Below are positions 1 to 14,479 of a stretch of DNA of 64,000 bases, one piece after another. Under the pieces are notes generated by a model that was not told the DNA's origin, searched no databases, and was given only the letters and a program-made list of their open reading frames with translations. Source of the stretch: Heptranchias perlo (Eukaryota); NCBI RefSeq assembly GCF_035084215.1, contig NC_090366.1, positions 10,292,001 through 10,356,000 of the forward strand. The letters run 5' to 3'. Numbering within the stretch: the stretch's first letter is position 1; each line of letters begins with the position of its first letter. The position numbers were made by a program, and so were the translations under genes.

Positions 1-30
1 TTACAAGCTGTTATCGGTAATATTGCCCAG

Positions 31-155
31 TTCTGACGAAGGGTTACAGACCTGAAACGTTAACGTGTTTTCCTTTCTCCGCAGAGGCAGTCTGATCTAA
101 TTCTACATTTTCGTTTTTGTCTCAGAATTCCAGCAACTGCGGTATTTTGTTTATT
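31..155 (+). mobile_element. Penelope-like element terminal-repeat fragment with minimal hammerhead-like motif
   Basis: CTGACGA (33-39), short stem AGGGT..ACCT, GAAA, then CGTTA with palindromic AACGTT. This layout is typical of Penelope-associated type I hammerheads. Confidence 0.55.
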
Positions 156-204
156 GCCCCTGTTGTCTGCAGTGCGTCACACACTGCACTGATTGCTGAT
201 CCAC

Positions 205-3200
205 ACGCTAGGACCAATGTCCTGGCGAATTGAATAACTAGGGCGATATATAGGGCTTCAAACTAATAGGAGGAAGGGAGGGTTCAGGGAATGGTAATTT
301 TAATTTTACCAGTCTAAAAAGAAATGTCAAGGCTTTAGAGCAGAGTAGCGATTTGGATAAAACAAGCAGAGTGTGTCAGGAAGGAACTGAGAGTTTAACA
401 AAAGGTAATTGAGCATTAGTGACTCAGGTCACATCAGGGAAAAAAAGCAAAATGTTAAAATTAAAGATGCTGTATCTGAATGCACGAAGCTTTCATAACA
501 AGAATGGCGAATTAAAGGCACAACTAGAGATAAATGGGTTTTATCTAGTAGCTATTAGTGAGATGTGGTTGCAGGGTGACCAAGTTTGGGAACTAAATAT
601 TCCAGAAAAGATAGACAAAATGGAAAATGAGGAGGACGGGTTGCCCTGATAATAAAGGATGAGATAAAGACAGTAGTGAGAAAGGATCTTAGCTCGGAAA
701 ATCAGGATGCAGATTCAGAATGGATGGAGCTAAGAAATAACAAGGGGCAGAAAACAGTGGCAGGAGTAGTTTCCAGGCCCCCTGACACATAGTTACAGTG
801 TTGAACAGAGTATAAATCAGGAAATTAGAGAAGCATGTAACAAGAGTAATGAATAATCATGGGGGGGACTTTAATCTTCATATTGACTGGGCAAACCAAA
901 TTGGCAAAAGTAGTTTGGAGGACGAATTCATGGAATGCATTCGAGACAGTTTTCTAGAACAATATGTCGAGGAACCAACTAGGGAACAGGCTATATCAGA
1001 TCTAGCATTGGGTAATGAAACATGATTAATTAGTAATCATATAATGAAGGATCCTCTAGGGAAGAGTGATCATGATGCGATAGAATTTCATATTGAGTTT
1101 GAGAGTGATGTAGTCAAGTCCGAATCTATGGTCTTACCTTTAAACAAGGCCAATTACGTAGGTAGGAGGGGTGAGTAGGCTAAGGTAGATTGGAAAACTA
1201 GATTAAAAGATATGAAGGTAGATTAGCAATAGCAAACATTTAAAGAAATAATTCATTATTCCCAACGAATATACATACCTTTGAAGAATAAAAACTCCAC
1301 AGGAAAAGTGATCCAACCATATCTAAATAGAAAACCTAATGATAGCATTAGAGCCTTACAATGCTGTCGAAAAGAATAGTAAGCCTGAGGTTTGGGAGGG
1401 TTTTAGAAATCAGCAAATGATAACCAAGAAATTGATAAAGAGAGGAAATTGAATATGAGAGCAAACTACCAAGAAATATAAAAACAGATTGCAAGAGCTT
1501 CAACAAGTATATAAAACGGAAGAGATTAGCGAAAGTAAACGTGGGTCCCTTAGAGGCAGAGACAGGAGAAATTATAATGGGAAATAAGGAAATGACAGAG
1601 ACGTGAAACAAATATCCTATATCTGCCTTCGCAGTAGAAGATTAAAAAATATAATGGAAATAATTGGAGAACCAAGGGTCTAATAAGAGTGAGGAACTTA
1701 AAGTAATTCAGATTATTAAAGGAAAAGTTTTAGAAAAGTGAATGGGTCTAAAAGCCGACAGATCCCCTGGACCTGATAGCCTACACCCTAAGGTTTTAAA
1801 AGAGGTCACGGAAGAGATAGAGGATGCATCGGTTTTGATCTTCCAGGATTCCCTAAATTCTTGAACCGTCCCCGTGGATTGGAAGAGAGCAAGTGTAACA
1901 CCGCTATTCAGGAAAGGAGGTACAGAGAAAACAGGGAACTATAGACCAGTTAGCCTCACATCAGTAGCAAGGGACATGCTAGAATCTATTATTAAGGACG
2001 CAGTAACAGGGCACTTAGAAAATCATAATATGATTACGCAGAGTTAACATGGTTTTATGAAAGGAAAATCGTGCTTAACAAATCTGTTAGTGTTTTTGAG
2101 GATGTAACGAGCAGGGCAGATAAGAGGGAATTAGTGGATGTAGTATATTTTAGTTTTCAAAAGGGATTCGATAAGGTGCCATATAAGAAGTTGTTATACA
2201 ATATTAGGGCACATGGGATTGGGCGTTATATATTAGCTTGGATTAAGGATTGGTTAACGGACAGAAATCAGAGGGTAGAATTAACAGGTCATTTGGCAGG
2301 TTGTTTCTAGTTGGTTGCCGTAGGGATTGGTGCTTGGGGCTCACTATTTACAATCTATTTTAATGACTTAGATGAAGAAACCGAGTGTATTGTATCCAAG
2401 TTTGCAGACGATGCAAAGCTAGGTGGGAAAATAAGCTGTGAGGAGGAGACAAAGAGTCTGCAAAGGGATATAGACAGGTTAACTGAGTGGGCAAGAAGGT
2501 GGCAGATGGAGTATAATGTGGGGAAATGTGAGGTTATTCACTTTGGTAGGAAAAATAGAAAAACGGATTTTTAAAAAATGGTGAGAAACTATTAAATGTT
2601 CGTGTTCAGAGGGATTTTGGTTTCCTTGTACATGAAGCACAGAAAGTTAACATGCAGGTAAAGCGAGCAATTAGGAAGGCAAATGGTATGTTAGCCTTTA
2701 TTGCAAGGGGGTTGGTGTTTAAGAGTAAGGAATTCTTGCTGAAATTGTATAGGGCTTTGGTGAGACCATACCGAGAGTGTGAGCATTATTGGTCTCCATA
2801 CCTAAGGAAGGATACACTTGCTTTTGAGGCGGTGCAATGAAGGTTCACTAGATTGATTCCTGGGATGAGAGAGTTTTCTTATTGAAACATACAAGATTCT
2901 GAGGGGACTCCATAGGGTAGATGCTGAGAGCATGTTACCCCTGATGGGGGAATCAGAAACTAGGGGGCATAGTCTCAGAATAAGGGGTCGCCCATTTAAG
3001 ACGGAGATGAGGAGACATTTCTTCTCTCAGAGGATTGTGAACCTTTGGAATTCTTTGCCCCAAATAGTGATGGAGGCTGAGTCACTGAATATATTCAAGG
3101 CTGAGTGAGGAAAAATTTTGATCAGCAAGGGAGTCAAAGGATATGGGGAACAGGCGAGAAAGTGGAGTTGGGGTAAAAATCAGATCAGCCATGATCTCAC

Positions 3201-3262
3201 TGAATGGCGGAGCAGGCTCGAAGGGCCAAATGGCCTACTCCTGCTCCTATCTCCTATGTTAT
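205..3262 (+). mobile_element. CR1-clade LINE, degenerate: end of ORF1 plus near-complete ORF2 (APE endonuclease and RT)
   Basis: ORF1-like tail TNVLAN*ITRAIYRASN* at ~213-266; YLNARS/ISEMW endonuclease motifs; RT motifs YFSFQKGFDKVP and SKFADDAKL; CR1 3' tail ggccaaatggcctactcctgctcc. Many stops and frameshifts. Confidence 0.9.
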
Positions 3263-3750
3263 TTTACTACCCAGGCCATCTTAACCACCCTTACGTGCAA
3301 CATTTTGCCAATTTCAGAAAGACGCCTCATTAGTGGTTTAAATATAATTCGAGTCCACTGTGTGCTGGACTGTGTGACCTAATGGCCCAGTCGGTTGTAA
3401 CTGAATGTTAAAGGTGGGTGGGGGAATATATTGTGTGTGAGGGTTGGTTTGTTTTCACTGCTTACAATGATAAAAGAACCAAATATGCCTTTGATCTCTG
3501 TTTGCTAAAATATCACTAATCCCAGCACAGACAATCCATTCACAAAATAAGGCATAACATGCTAAAATGCACCGCCGGTCGGTCAGCATGTGAAAGTGAA
3601 CACAGACCTTTTGATTCGTTTACTCTCAATAGGTTTGTACAGTTTTAAAAAAAATACTGGAGAGGAGAAATTTGGGATAAAGGCTTTGAATGTTTGGTAA
3701 TTAAAATACCAACAGCAACATTTACCCTCGTGTCAGAGAGAATGTGGAGA

Positions 3751-4186
3751 AAAGAAAGATTTTGCATTTATATAGCGCCGTTCACGATCTCAGGACGTCC
3801 CAAAGCGCTTTACAGCCAGCGGAGTACTTTTGAAGTGTTGTCACGTTTTGTAACGTATCAAAGGCTGCAGCCAATTTGTGCACAGCAAATTCCCCGAAGA
3901 ATCAATGAGATAACAAGCAGATAATCTATTTTGGTGAAGTTGGTTGAGGTATAAACAAAGATTAGGAAACCAGGGAGAACTCAATTGCTTTTCTTGGAAA
4001 CAATGGCACGGGATCTCTTACGTCCAATTGTTCGGGCAGATGGGGCCTGGGTTCAACGTATCATCTGAAAGACGGCCCCTTCGACAGTGCAGCGTCAGCC
4101 TAGATTTTGTGTCAAGTCTCTGGAATGAGACTTAAACTACATGACTCAAAGGTGGTAGTGCTACCCACTGAGCCACAGCTGACACC
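3751..4186 (-). mobile_element. tRNA-derived SINE with L2-type tail (SacSINE1/Deu-SINE-like)
   Basis: Minus-strand head with A-box TGGCTCAGTGG; 3' tail GGCGCTATATAAATGCAA matches the L2 end at 17899-17916; a second copy lies at 27906-28337. Confidence 0.75.
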
Positions 4187-4664
4187 TTAATATTGCGTTT
4201 GTTAATAACAGGACTTATTAATTACGTAGATACATTATTAACATGGACGTTCTGACATCTCACTTTGCCTTAACAGTTTAAACATACAGCTGCAAACACA
4301 ACAGGACCTTTCACGATACAGCCTGGATCAAAATACACATCCCTAAACTGGTCAGAATGATTCACACCCAAGAACGTCATAGATAGCAGGGGGCTGTGGG
4401 CTGTAGAAACCACAACTACTTGGGTTCTGAATAAAACTGAGCTCTTCACACCTCTGCTCTGGAGCTGTACTGGTACACGGTGCAAATAAAGCCATCTCGG
4501 TGTAGCCACACTGAATTGAGAACAGTGGGTGAGACATTGACTCAGTCCCAATGTGAGCAGTGGCGCGACATTGAGTCTGCAACATATGAAAAGTCAGTGT
4601 TAAACCAAACTGAGCACAGGGCTGACGACATATCACGTAACCTGCCCGATTGGATTGAACTGGA

Positions 4665-7600
4665 ACTTCGCCAAATTAGTCAGTAAAACAAAACTGGGCT
4701 GTCGATCTGAACACATTTCCCTAAATTATTCAGTCGAACCAAACTGGGTCCTGGATCTGAAAACATTGCCCTAAATTATTCAGTAGAACCAAACTGGGCT
4801 CAGAATTTGAACACACATCCCTAAACTGGTCAGTAAAACCAAACTGTGGCCTGGATCTGAACAAACATCCCTAAACTAGTCAGTAAAATCAAACTGGGCC
4901 CTCGTTCGGAAAACACGTTAGGAAATTCGTCAGTAACAATGACGTGGGCCCTGGATTTGAACAAACATCCCTGAACTAGTCAGCAATACAGAACTGCACC
5001 GTGGATTTGAATACATCCGTAACCTAGTCAGTAACACCAAACTGGGCCCTGGATCTGAACACACATCCTTAAACTAGTCAGTAAAACCAAACTGGGCCCT
5101 GGATCAGAGCACACATCCCTAAACCAATTAGTAAAATCAATCTGGGCCTGGATCTGGACACACATCTCAAGACTTGTCATTAATACCAACCCAGACCCTG
5201 GACATGAACAAACATCTCTAATCTAGTCAGGAAAAGCAAAAGGGCCCTTGATCCAAACACACATCCTTAAACTAGTCAATAAAACAAAACTGTGGACTCA
5301 TTTTGAACACACATTCCCATACTAGTCAGTAAAACCAAACTGGGCCATGGACCTGAACACACATCCCTAAACTAGTCAGTAAAATCAAACAGAAACATGG
5401 GTCAGAGCATGCATCCCTAAACCAATTATTAAAAGCAAACTGGGGACTGCATATGAACACACATCTCAAAACTACTCAGTGAAACCAAAATGGGCACTGG
5501 ATCAGAAAAAACATCCCAAACCAGTTAGTAAAACTTAACTGCACCCTGGATCGCAACACAAAACCCGAAACTAGACAGTAAAACCAAACTGTTTGCTGGT
5601 TCTGAACACACATCCCTAACCTAGTTAGGAAAACCAAACAGGGCCCTCTAACTGAAAACATATTACTAAATTAGTCAGTAACATGGAAAAGGGCCCAGGA
5701 TCTGAACACACATCCCGATAATAGTCAGTTATACCAAACTGGGCCCTGGATCCAAGTGCATATCCCTAAATCAATTAGTAATATCAATCTGTGCCTGGAT
5801 CTGGGCACACACCTCAAGATTAGTCATTAAAACCAAACTGGCCCCTGGACCTGAATACACATCCCTACTCCAGTCAGAAAAAGCAAACTAGGCCCTGAAT
5901 CCGAACATACATCCCTAAACTAGGCAATAAAACCAAACTGTAGACTCATTTTGAACACACATCCCCATACTAGGCCGTAAAGCCAAACTGGGCCATAGAT
6001 CTGAACAAACATCCCTAAACTAGTCAATAAAACCAAACTTGGGCCTGGATCTGTGCACACTTCCCGAAACTAGTCAGTTAGAGCAACCAGGGCCCTAAGT
6101 CTTACCACACATCCATAAACCAATCAGTAAAATAAAGCAGTGCCCTGGATCTGTACACACATGCCTAAATCTGTCATTAAAACCAAAATGATGCCTGGAT
6201 CTGAAAAGATATCCCGAAACTAGTCAATAAAACCCAACTGGGCTCTGGATCTGATCACACATTCCTAAATAGTCAGTGAAACCAAACTGGGCCCGGGATC
6301 TGAGAACACATCCCTCAACCAGTTAGTAAAACCTAACTTGAGCCGGAATCTGAACACATGTCCCTAAACTAGTCAATAAAACCTAACTAGGCCCACGATC
6401 TGATCAGACATCACTAAACTAGTCAGTAACTGGGAACTGGATCTGAAAACACATCCCCAAACTAATCAGTTAAACCAAACTGAGTCATGCATCTGGAAGC
6501 ACATCCCTACACTAGTCAGGAAAGCAAAGCTGTGCTGTCGATTTGAACACACCTCCCTTAACTACTCAGTAAAACCAAGCTGGGCCCTGGATCTCAACAG
6601 ACATCCCATAAACTAGTCAGTAAAATCAAACTGGGCCTTCGTTCTGAAAACACATCAGTAAATTAGTCAGTAATGACGATCTGGGCCCCGGATCTGAACA
6701 AACATACCTAAACTAGTCAGTAAAACCAAACTGGTGGCCTCGATCTGAAAACACATCATTAAATTAGCCAGTGACACCAATCTGGGGGTCGGGATATGTA
6801 CACACATCCCAAAACTAGTCAGTAAATCCAAACATGGCCCTGGTTCCGAACACACATCCATAAACTAGTCACCAAAACCAAACATGGTTCTGGATCTGAA
6901 CACACATCCCTAAACTAGTCAGTAACACCACACTGGGCCCAGGAACTGAACAACATTCGCTGAAGTAGTCAGTAATACCAAACTGAGCCCTCGATCTGAA
7001 CACATATCACTAAATGATTCAGTAGAACGAAACTGGGCCCTGGTTCTAAGCATACATCACTAAACTAGTCAGTAAAACCACACTGCACCTTGGATCTGAG
7101 CACACATTCCCAACTTAGTCAGTAATACCAAACTGGGCACTCGATCTGCAAACACAGCTCTCATCTAGCCACTAAGACTATATTGGGCCCTGGAGCAGAA
7201 CAGCATTCCCTCAACTAGTTAATAAAACCAAACTGGGCCGTGGACCAAAACACACATCACCAAATTAGTTAGTAAAACCAAACTGGGTCCTTGATCTGAA
7301 CACATACCCCTAATCTAGTCAGTACATCAAAACAGTGGCCTGGATCTAAACATGCAACCCTAAACTAGTCAACAAAACAAAACTGTGCAGTGGATTTTAA
7401 CACACATACTCAACTAGTCAGTAACACCAAACTGGGCCCTGGATCTTAACATACAGTTCTAAACTAGACAGTCAAACCAAACGAGGCCCTGGATCCGAGC
7501 AGACATCCCTAAACTAGTCAGTGAAACCTAAACCGGCACTAGATCAGAAAGCTCATCTCTAATCTAGTCAATAAAACCAAACTGGACTCTGGATCTGAAC

Positions 7601-10600
7601 ACATATATCTAAACTAGTCAGTTAAACCAAACTAGGCCCTGGTTCTGAGCACACATCCCTAAAGTAGTCAGTAAAAACAAACTGGGCCATGGATCTGAAC
7701 AAACATCCCTAAGATAGTCAGTAAAACAAAACTCGACATTTTATCTGAACAGACATCACTAAACTAGTCAGTAACACCGAACTGGTCCCTCGATCTGAAC
7801 ACACTTGTCAGTAAAACCAAACTGGGGGCCTGGGCATAAACACACCTCCCAAACTAGTAAGGAAAACCAAACATGGGGCCCTGGATCTGAACACACATCC
7901 CTAAACTAGTCAGTAAAACCAATGGGGTGGCCTCGATCTGAAAACACATCATTAAATTAGCCAGTGAGACACCAATCTGGGGGCCGGGATATGTACACAC
8001 ATCCTTAAACTAGTCAGTAAATCCAAACATGGCCCTGGTTCCGAACACACATCCCTAAACTAGTCACCAAAACCAAAAAATGCAGCCTGGATCAGAACAC
8101 ACATCCCTAAACTAGTCAATAACACCACACTGGGCCCTGGAAATGAACAACATTCGCTGAAGTAGTCAGTGAAACCAAACTGAGCCCTCGATCTGAACAC
8201 ATATCACTAAATTGTTCAGTAGAATGAAACTGGGCCCTGGTTCTAAGCATACATCTCTAAACTAGTCAGTAAAACCACACTGGACCTTGGATCTGAACAC
8301 ACATCCCCAAACAGGTCAGTAAAACCAAACTGGGCACTCGATCTGCGAACACAGCTCTCATCTAGCGACGGAAACTATATTGAGCCCTGGAGCAGAACAG
8401 CATTCCCTCAACTAGTTAATAAAACCAAACTGGGGCGTGGACCAAAACACATATCACCAAATTAGTTAGTAAAACCAAACTGGGCCCTCGATCTGAATCG
8501 GAACATATAGGAACATAGGAACAGGAGTAGGCCGTTCAGCCCCTCGTGCCTGCTCCGCCATTTGATAAGATCATGGCTGATCTGTGATCTAACTCCATAT
8601 ACCCGCCTTTGGCCCATATCCCTTAATACATTTGGTTGCCAAAAAGCTATCCATCTCAGACATACATACATAACCCTAATATAGTCAGTTGAACGAAACT
8701 GTGGCCTGGATCTAAACATACAACCCTAAACTAGTCAACAACACAAAGCTGTGTAGTGGATTTGAACACACATCACTTAACTCGTCAGTAAAACCAAACG
8801 GAGTCCTGAATCTGAACACGCATACTCAACTAGTCAGTAAAACCCAAATGGGCCCTGGATATGAACACACAACCCCAAACTAGTCAGTGACACCAAACTA
8901 GGCCTTGGATCCGAGCAGACATCCCTAAACGATTCAGTGAAACCTAAACCGGCACTGGATCAGAAAGCTCATCTCTAATCTAGTCAGTAAAAGCAAACTG
9001 AACCCTAGATCTGAACACACATTCCTAAACTAGACAGGAAAATCAAACATGGCCATCGAATTGAATTTATGTCACTAAACTAGTCAGTGACACTGAACTG
9101 GGCCCTCGATCTGAACACACTCCACTAAACTAATCAGTAAATCCAGAATGGGACATCAAACTGAACACAAATAATTAAATTAGTCAGCGAAACCAAACTG
9201 TGCCATGAGTCTGAACAAACATTCCCAGACCAATAAGCAAGACCAACCTGGGACCTGGATCTAAGAGCACATTTCCAAATTAATCAGCAAAACAAAATTG
9301 TGCTCTGGATCTGAACAGATCTCCCTTTACTTGTCAATGAAACGAAACTGGACTCTGGATTTGAACACATATATCTAAACTAGTCAGTAAAACCAAACTA
9401 GGCCCTGAATTTGAACACACATCCATAAACCAGTAACTAAAACCAAACTGGGGCATGGATCTAGACACACATCCCTAAACTAGTCAGTAAAACCAAACTA
9501 GGCCCTGGTTCTGAGAACACATCCCTAAACTAGTCAGTAAAAATGGATTGGTCCCTGGATATGAAAAAACATCCCTAAGCTAGTCAGTAAAACCAAACTC
9601 GACATTTTATCTGAAGAGACATCACTAAACCAGTCAGTAACGCTGAACTGGTCTCCCGATCTGAACACGTTTGTCAGTAAAACTAAACTGGGGGCCTGGG
9701 CCTGAACACACCTCCCTAAACTAGTAAGTAAAACCAAACATGGGGGCCTGGGTCTGAACACACATCCCTAAACTAGTAAGCAAAACCAAACTGTAACATG
9801 GGTCAGAGCATACATCCCTAAACCAATTACTAAAAGCAAACTGGGGCCTGCATATGAACACACATCTCAAAACTACTCAGTGAAACCAAAATGGGCACTG
9901 GATCAGAACAAACATCCCAAACCAGTCAGTAAAACTCAATTGTGCCCTGGATCAGAACACAAACCCCTAAACTAGACAGTAAAACCAAACTGTTTCCTGG
10001 ATCTGAACACACATCCCTAATCTAGTTAGGAAAACCAAACAGGGCCGTCCAGCTGAAAACATATTACTAAATTAGAGAGTAACATGGAACTGGGCCTAGG
10101 ATCTGAACACACATCCCGAAAATAGTCAGTAAGACCAAGCTGGGCCTTGGATCAGAGCACATATCCCTAAATCAATTAGTAATATTAATCTGGGCCTGGA
10201 TCTGGGCACACATCTCAAGACTAGTCATTAAAACCAAACTGGACCAGTACACACATTCCTAATCTAGTCAGAAAAAGCAAACCTGGGCCTGGATATGAGC
10301 ACAGTTACCTAAACTAGTCAGTTAGAGCATCCACGGCCCTAAGTCTTACCACACACCCACAAACCAATCAGTAAAATAAAACAGTGCCCTGGATCTGTAC
10401 ACACATGCCTAAATCTGTCATTAAAACCAAAATAGTGCCTGGATCTGAAAAGATATCCCTAAACTAGTCAATGAAACCCAACTGGGCTCTGGATCTGATC
10501 ACACATTCCTAAACTAGTCAGTGAAACCAAACTGGGCCCTGGATCTGAGAACACATTCATAAACCAATTAGTAAAACCTAACTTAGGTGGAATCTGAACA

Positions 10601-13527
10601 CATGTCCCTAAACTAGTCAATAAAACCTAACTAGGCCCACAATCCGATCATATGTCACTAAACTAGTCAGTAACTGGGAACTGGATCTGAAAACACATCC
10701 TCAAACTAGTCAGTTAAATCAAACTGAATCATGCATCTGGAAGCACATCCCTACACTAGTCAGGAAAGCAAAACTGTGCTGTCGATTTGAACACACCTCC
10801 CTTAACTACTCAGTAAAATCAAACTGGGCCCCGGACCTCAACAGACATCCATAAACTAATCAGTAAAAAAAAACTGAGCCCTAGATCTGAGAGCACATCG
10901 AAACCAATTGGTAATATCTAACTTGGGCCTGAATCTGAGCACATGTCCCGAAACTAGTCAATAAACCAAACTGGGCCCTTGATCTGAACAGACATCACTA
11001 AACTAGTCAGTAACACTGAACTCGGCCCTGGATTTGAACACACATCCCCTAACTAGTCAGCAAAAACAAACTGGCCACGTATCTGAAAGCACCTCCATAA
11101 ATTAGTCAGCAAAGCAAAACTTTAATAAGTCAATAAAATCAAACTGGGGACCTGGATATGAACACACATCCCTAAACTAGTCTATAAAAGCAAACCGAGG
11201 CCTCACACTGAACACACGTCCCTATAATAGTCAGTAAAGCCAAACTGGGGCCTGGAACTGAAAACACGTCCCTATACTAGTCAATAAAACGAAATTAAAG
11301 CCTCAATCAGAACTTACAGCTGTATACTACTTATTAAAAGAAACTGCATCCTTGATTGGAACACACATACCTAAATTGTCAGATAAACCAAACTGCGGCC
11401 TCACTCTGAATTATATCCCTAAACTAGTCAAGAAAACCAAACTCGGCCCCAATTTGACCACACATCCCTAAACTAGTCAGTAAAACAAAACTGGTGCTTG
11501 GATCTGAAAACAGATCCCATAACTATTCAGTAAAAGCAAACTCTGGCCTGGATCTGAACACACATCCCCAAACTAGACAATATAAATAAACTGGGCCCTG
11601 GATCTGAACACACATCTCTAAACTAGACAGTAAAACCAAACTGTTTCCTGAATCTGAACACACATCCCTAATCTAGTTAGGAAAACCAAACAGGGCCATC
11701 TAACTGAAAACATATTACTAAATTAGAGAGTAACACGGAACTGGGCCTAGGATCTGAACACACATCCCGAAAATAGTCAGTAAGACCAAACTGGGCCTTG
11801 GATCAGAGCACATATCCCTAAATCAATTAGTAATATCAATCAGGGCCTGGATCTGGGCACACATCTCAAGACTAGTCATTAAAACCAACCTGGCCCCTGG
11901 ACCTGAACACACATCCCTAATCTAGTCAGAAAAAGCAAACTAGGCCCTTAATCCGAACATACATCCCTAAACTAGGCAATAAAACCAAACTGTAGAATCA
12001 TTTTGAACACACATCCCCATACTAGTCAGTAAAACTAAACTGGGTGATGGATCTGAAAAAACATCCCTAAACTAGTCAATAAAACCAAACTTGGGCCTGG
12101 ATCTGAACACAGTTCCCTAAACTAGTCAGTTAGAGCAACCAGGGCCCTAAGTCTTACCACACATCCATAAACCAATCAGTAAAATGAAACAGTGTCCTGG
12201 ATCTGTACACACATGCCTAAATCTGTCATTAAAACCAAAATGGTGCTGGATCTGAAAAGATATCCCTAAACTAGTCAATAAAACCCAACTGGGCTCTGGA
12301 TCTGATCACACATTCCTAAAATAGTCAGTGAAACCAAACTGGGCCCTGGATCTGAGAACACATCCCTAAACCAGTTAGTAAAACCTAACTTGGGCAGGAA
12401 TCTGAACACATGTCCCTAAACTAGTCAATAAAACCTAACTAGGCCCACAATCCGATCATTTGTCACGAAACTAGTCAGTAACTGGGAACTGGATCTGAAA
12501 GCACATCCCCAAACTAGTCAGTTAAACCAAACTGAGTCATGCATCTGGAAGCACATCCCTACACTATTCAGGAAAGCAAAACTGTGCTGTCGATTTGAAC
12601 ACACCTCCCTTAACTACTCAGTAAAACCAAGCTGGGCCTCGGATCTGAACACACATCCCTAAACTTCTGAGTAAAACCAAACTGAGCCCTGGATCTGAGA
12701 ACACATCGAAACCAATTGGTGATATCTAACTTGGGCCTGAATCTGAGCACATGTCCCGAAACTAGTCAATAGACCAAATTGGGCCCTTGATCGGAACAGA
12801 CATCACTAAACTAGTCAGTAACACCGAACTCGGCCCTGGATCTGAACACACATCCCCTAACTAGTCAGCAAAAACAAACTGGCCACGTTTCTGAAAGCAC
12901 CTCCCTAATATAGTCGGCAAAGCAAAACTTTAATAAGTCAATAAAACCAAACTGGGGACCTGGATATGAACACACATCCCTAAACTAGTCTATAAAAGCA
13001 AACCGAGGCCTCACACTGAACACACGTCCCTATACTAGTCAGTAAAGCCAAACTGGGGCCTGGATCTGAAAACACGTCCCGATACTAGTCAATAAACCAA
13101 AATTAAAGCCTCATTCAGAAATTACAGCTGTACACTACTTATTAAAACAAACTGCATCCTTGATTGGAACACACATACCTAAATTGTCAGATAAACCAAA
13201 CTGCGGTCTCACTCTGAAATACATCCCTAAACTAGTCAAGAAAACCAAACTCGGCCACAATTTGACCGCACATCCCTAAACTAGTCAGTAAAACAAAACT
13301 GGTGCCTGGATCTGAAAACAGATCCCATAACTATTCAGTAAAAGCAAACCCTCGGCCTGGATCTGAACACACATCCCTAAACTGTTCAGTAAAACCAAAT
13401 GCTGGCCTGGATCTGAACTCATATCCCGAAACTAGACAACATAAACAAACTGGGCCCTGGACCTGAACACACATCCCTAAACTAGTCAGTAAATCCATAG
13501 TGGGCCCTTGATGTGAACACACGTCCC
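4665..13527. repeat. 50-bp tandem satellite, ~175 diverged monomers, with higher-order block duplications
   Basis: Consensus CCCTAAACTAGTCAGTAAAACCAAACTGGGCCCTGGATCTGAACACACAT; 50-bp period seen directly (actgggccct at 5041 and 5091). Confidence 0.97.
8499..8660 (-). mobile_element. 5'-truncated CR1 3' end inserted in the satellite
   Basis: ggaacataggaacaggagtaggccgttcagcccctcg is the reverse complement of the CR1 tail; satellite sequence resumes on both sides. Confidence 0.85.
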
Positions 13528-13529
13528 TG

Positions 13530-13612
13530 TTGCCGCTCCCTCTCTCTCTCTGTCGCACTCTCTTCCTCACTCTTTCTCACACTCACTCACTCTAGCACAC
13601 TCTCTCTCTCTT
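13530..13612. repeat. (TC)n-rich microsatellite
   Basis: Direct reading. Confidence 0.8.
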
Positions 13613-13882
13613 CCATAGAAAAACGAAATCTGAGAGGTGACCTAATATATGCCTCTAAAATTATGGATGTGTTTGATAGTGTAGTTGTATAGAAGATATT
13701 TTCGCTGGTGAGTTTGTCCAAAACTAGGAACACAAATATAAGAGAGTCACTAATAAATCCAATAGTGAATTCAGGAGAAACTTATTTACCCAGAGAGTGG
13801 TTTGAGTGTGGAACTCACTCCCACAGAAATGGTTGAGGAGAATAGCATGGATGCATTTAAGAGGAAGCTAGATAAGTACACG
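13613..13882 (+). mobile_element. CR1 LINE 3' fragment
   Basis: ctgagaggtgacctaat...aggagaaacttatttacccagagagtgg matches the other CR1 3' ends in this window. Confidence 0.75.
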
Positions 13883-14479
13883 GTTATCCCGAGAAGGTAG
13901 CATTACCTTTCCTGAATTCCTGAACCCATAGATATTTCTTGGAAACTGGCATTGCATCTTCATCTAGTGGGTGTACGCTCTAGAAGGCACATTCAGAGCT
14001 CCACATCAAGTGTTGCGAGTGGACAATTTTCACCCGCTGAAACACTTACACATTCCTCAGTTTTGTATTGTATTTCCACTCACTCCCCGATGAAATGTTA
14101 TTATTCCTAATAGATTTATAGTGAGAGATTAGTCCCCATTCCGTAATGTGAGACTCCGTTGTCTCAAGACCTTTTTCTCACTTTACTAAAATGCTTGCTT
14201 TCAATTCTGATGATCGAATTACCCAAAATGTTTACTAATATCTTGTCCGCTAAAGATAGCGACTGACCTGTAATTTCTCTGTCTCTTTTTTTCTACAAGG
14301 CTTTGGGTGCCGGGAATTTCCAAGCGCCCTGATTTGTCTCGCCTGACTGCCGCGCGTCTGGACAACAGAGAGGCGAGCCAGAAAATAAGGGATTTTCTCA
14401 TGAAAGTAGAACGGATTTCAGGCTTAGAATTGTGAAACAGAAAACGGAGAATTGGGTTGTGCAATCTGCACATGGCTTA

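Noticed and set aside
4100-4186. tRNA gene
   Set aside because: Degenerate SINE head continuous with SINE body and tail.
4665-13527. CRISPR array, or coding ORFs within the satellite
   Set aside because: Monomers are contiguous with no unique spacers, there are no cas genes, and the context is eukaryotic; the ORFs are short and repeat-derived.
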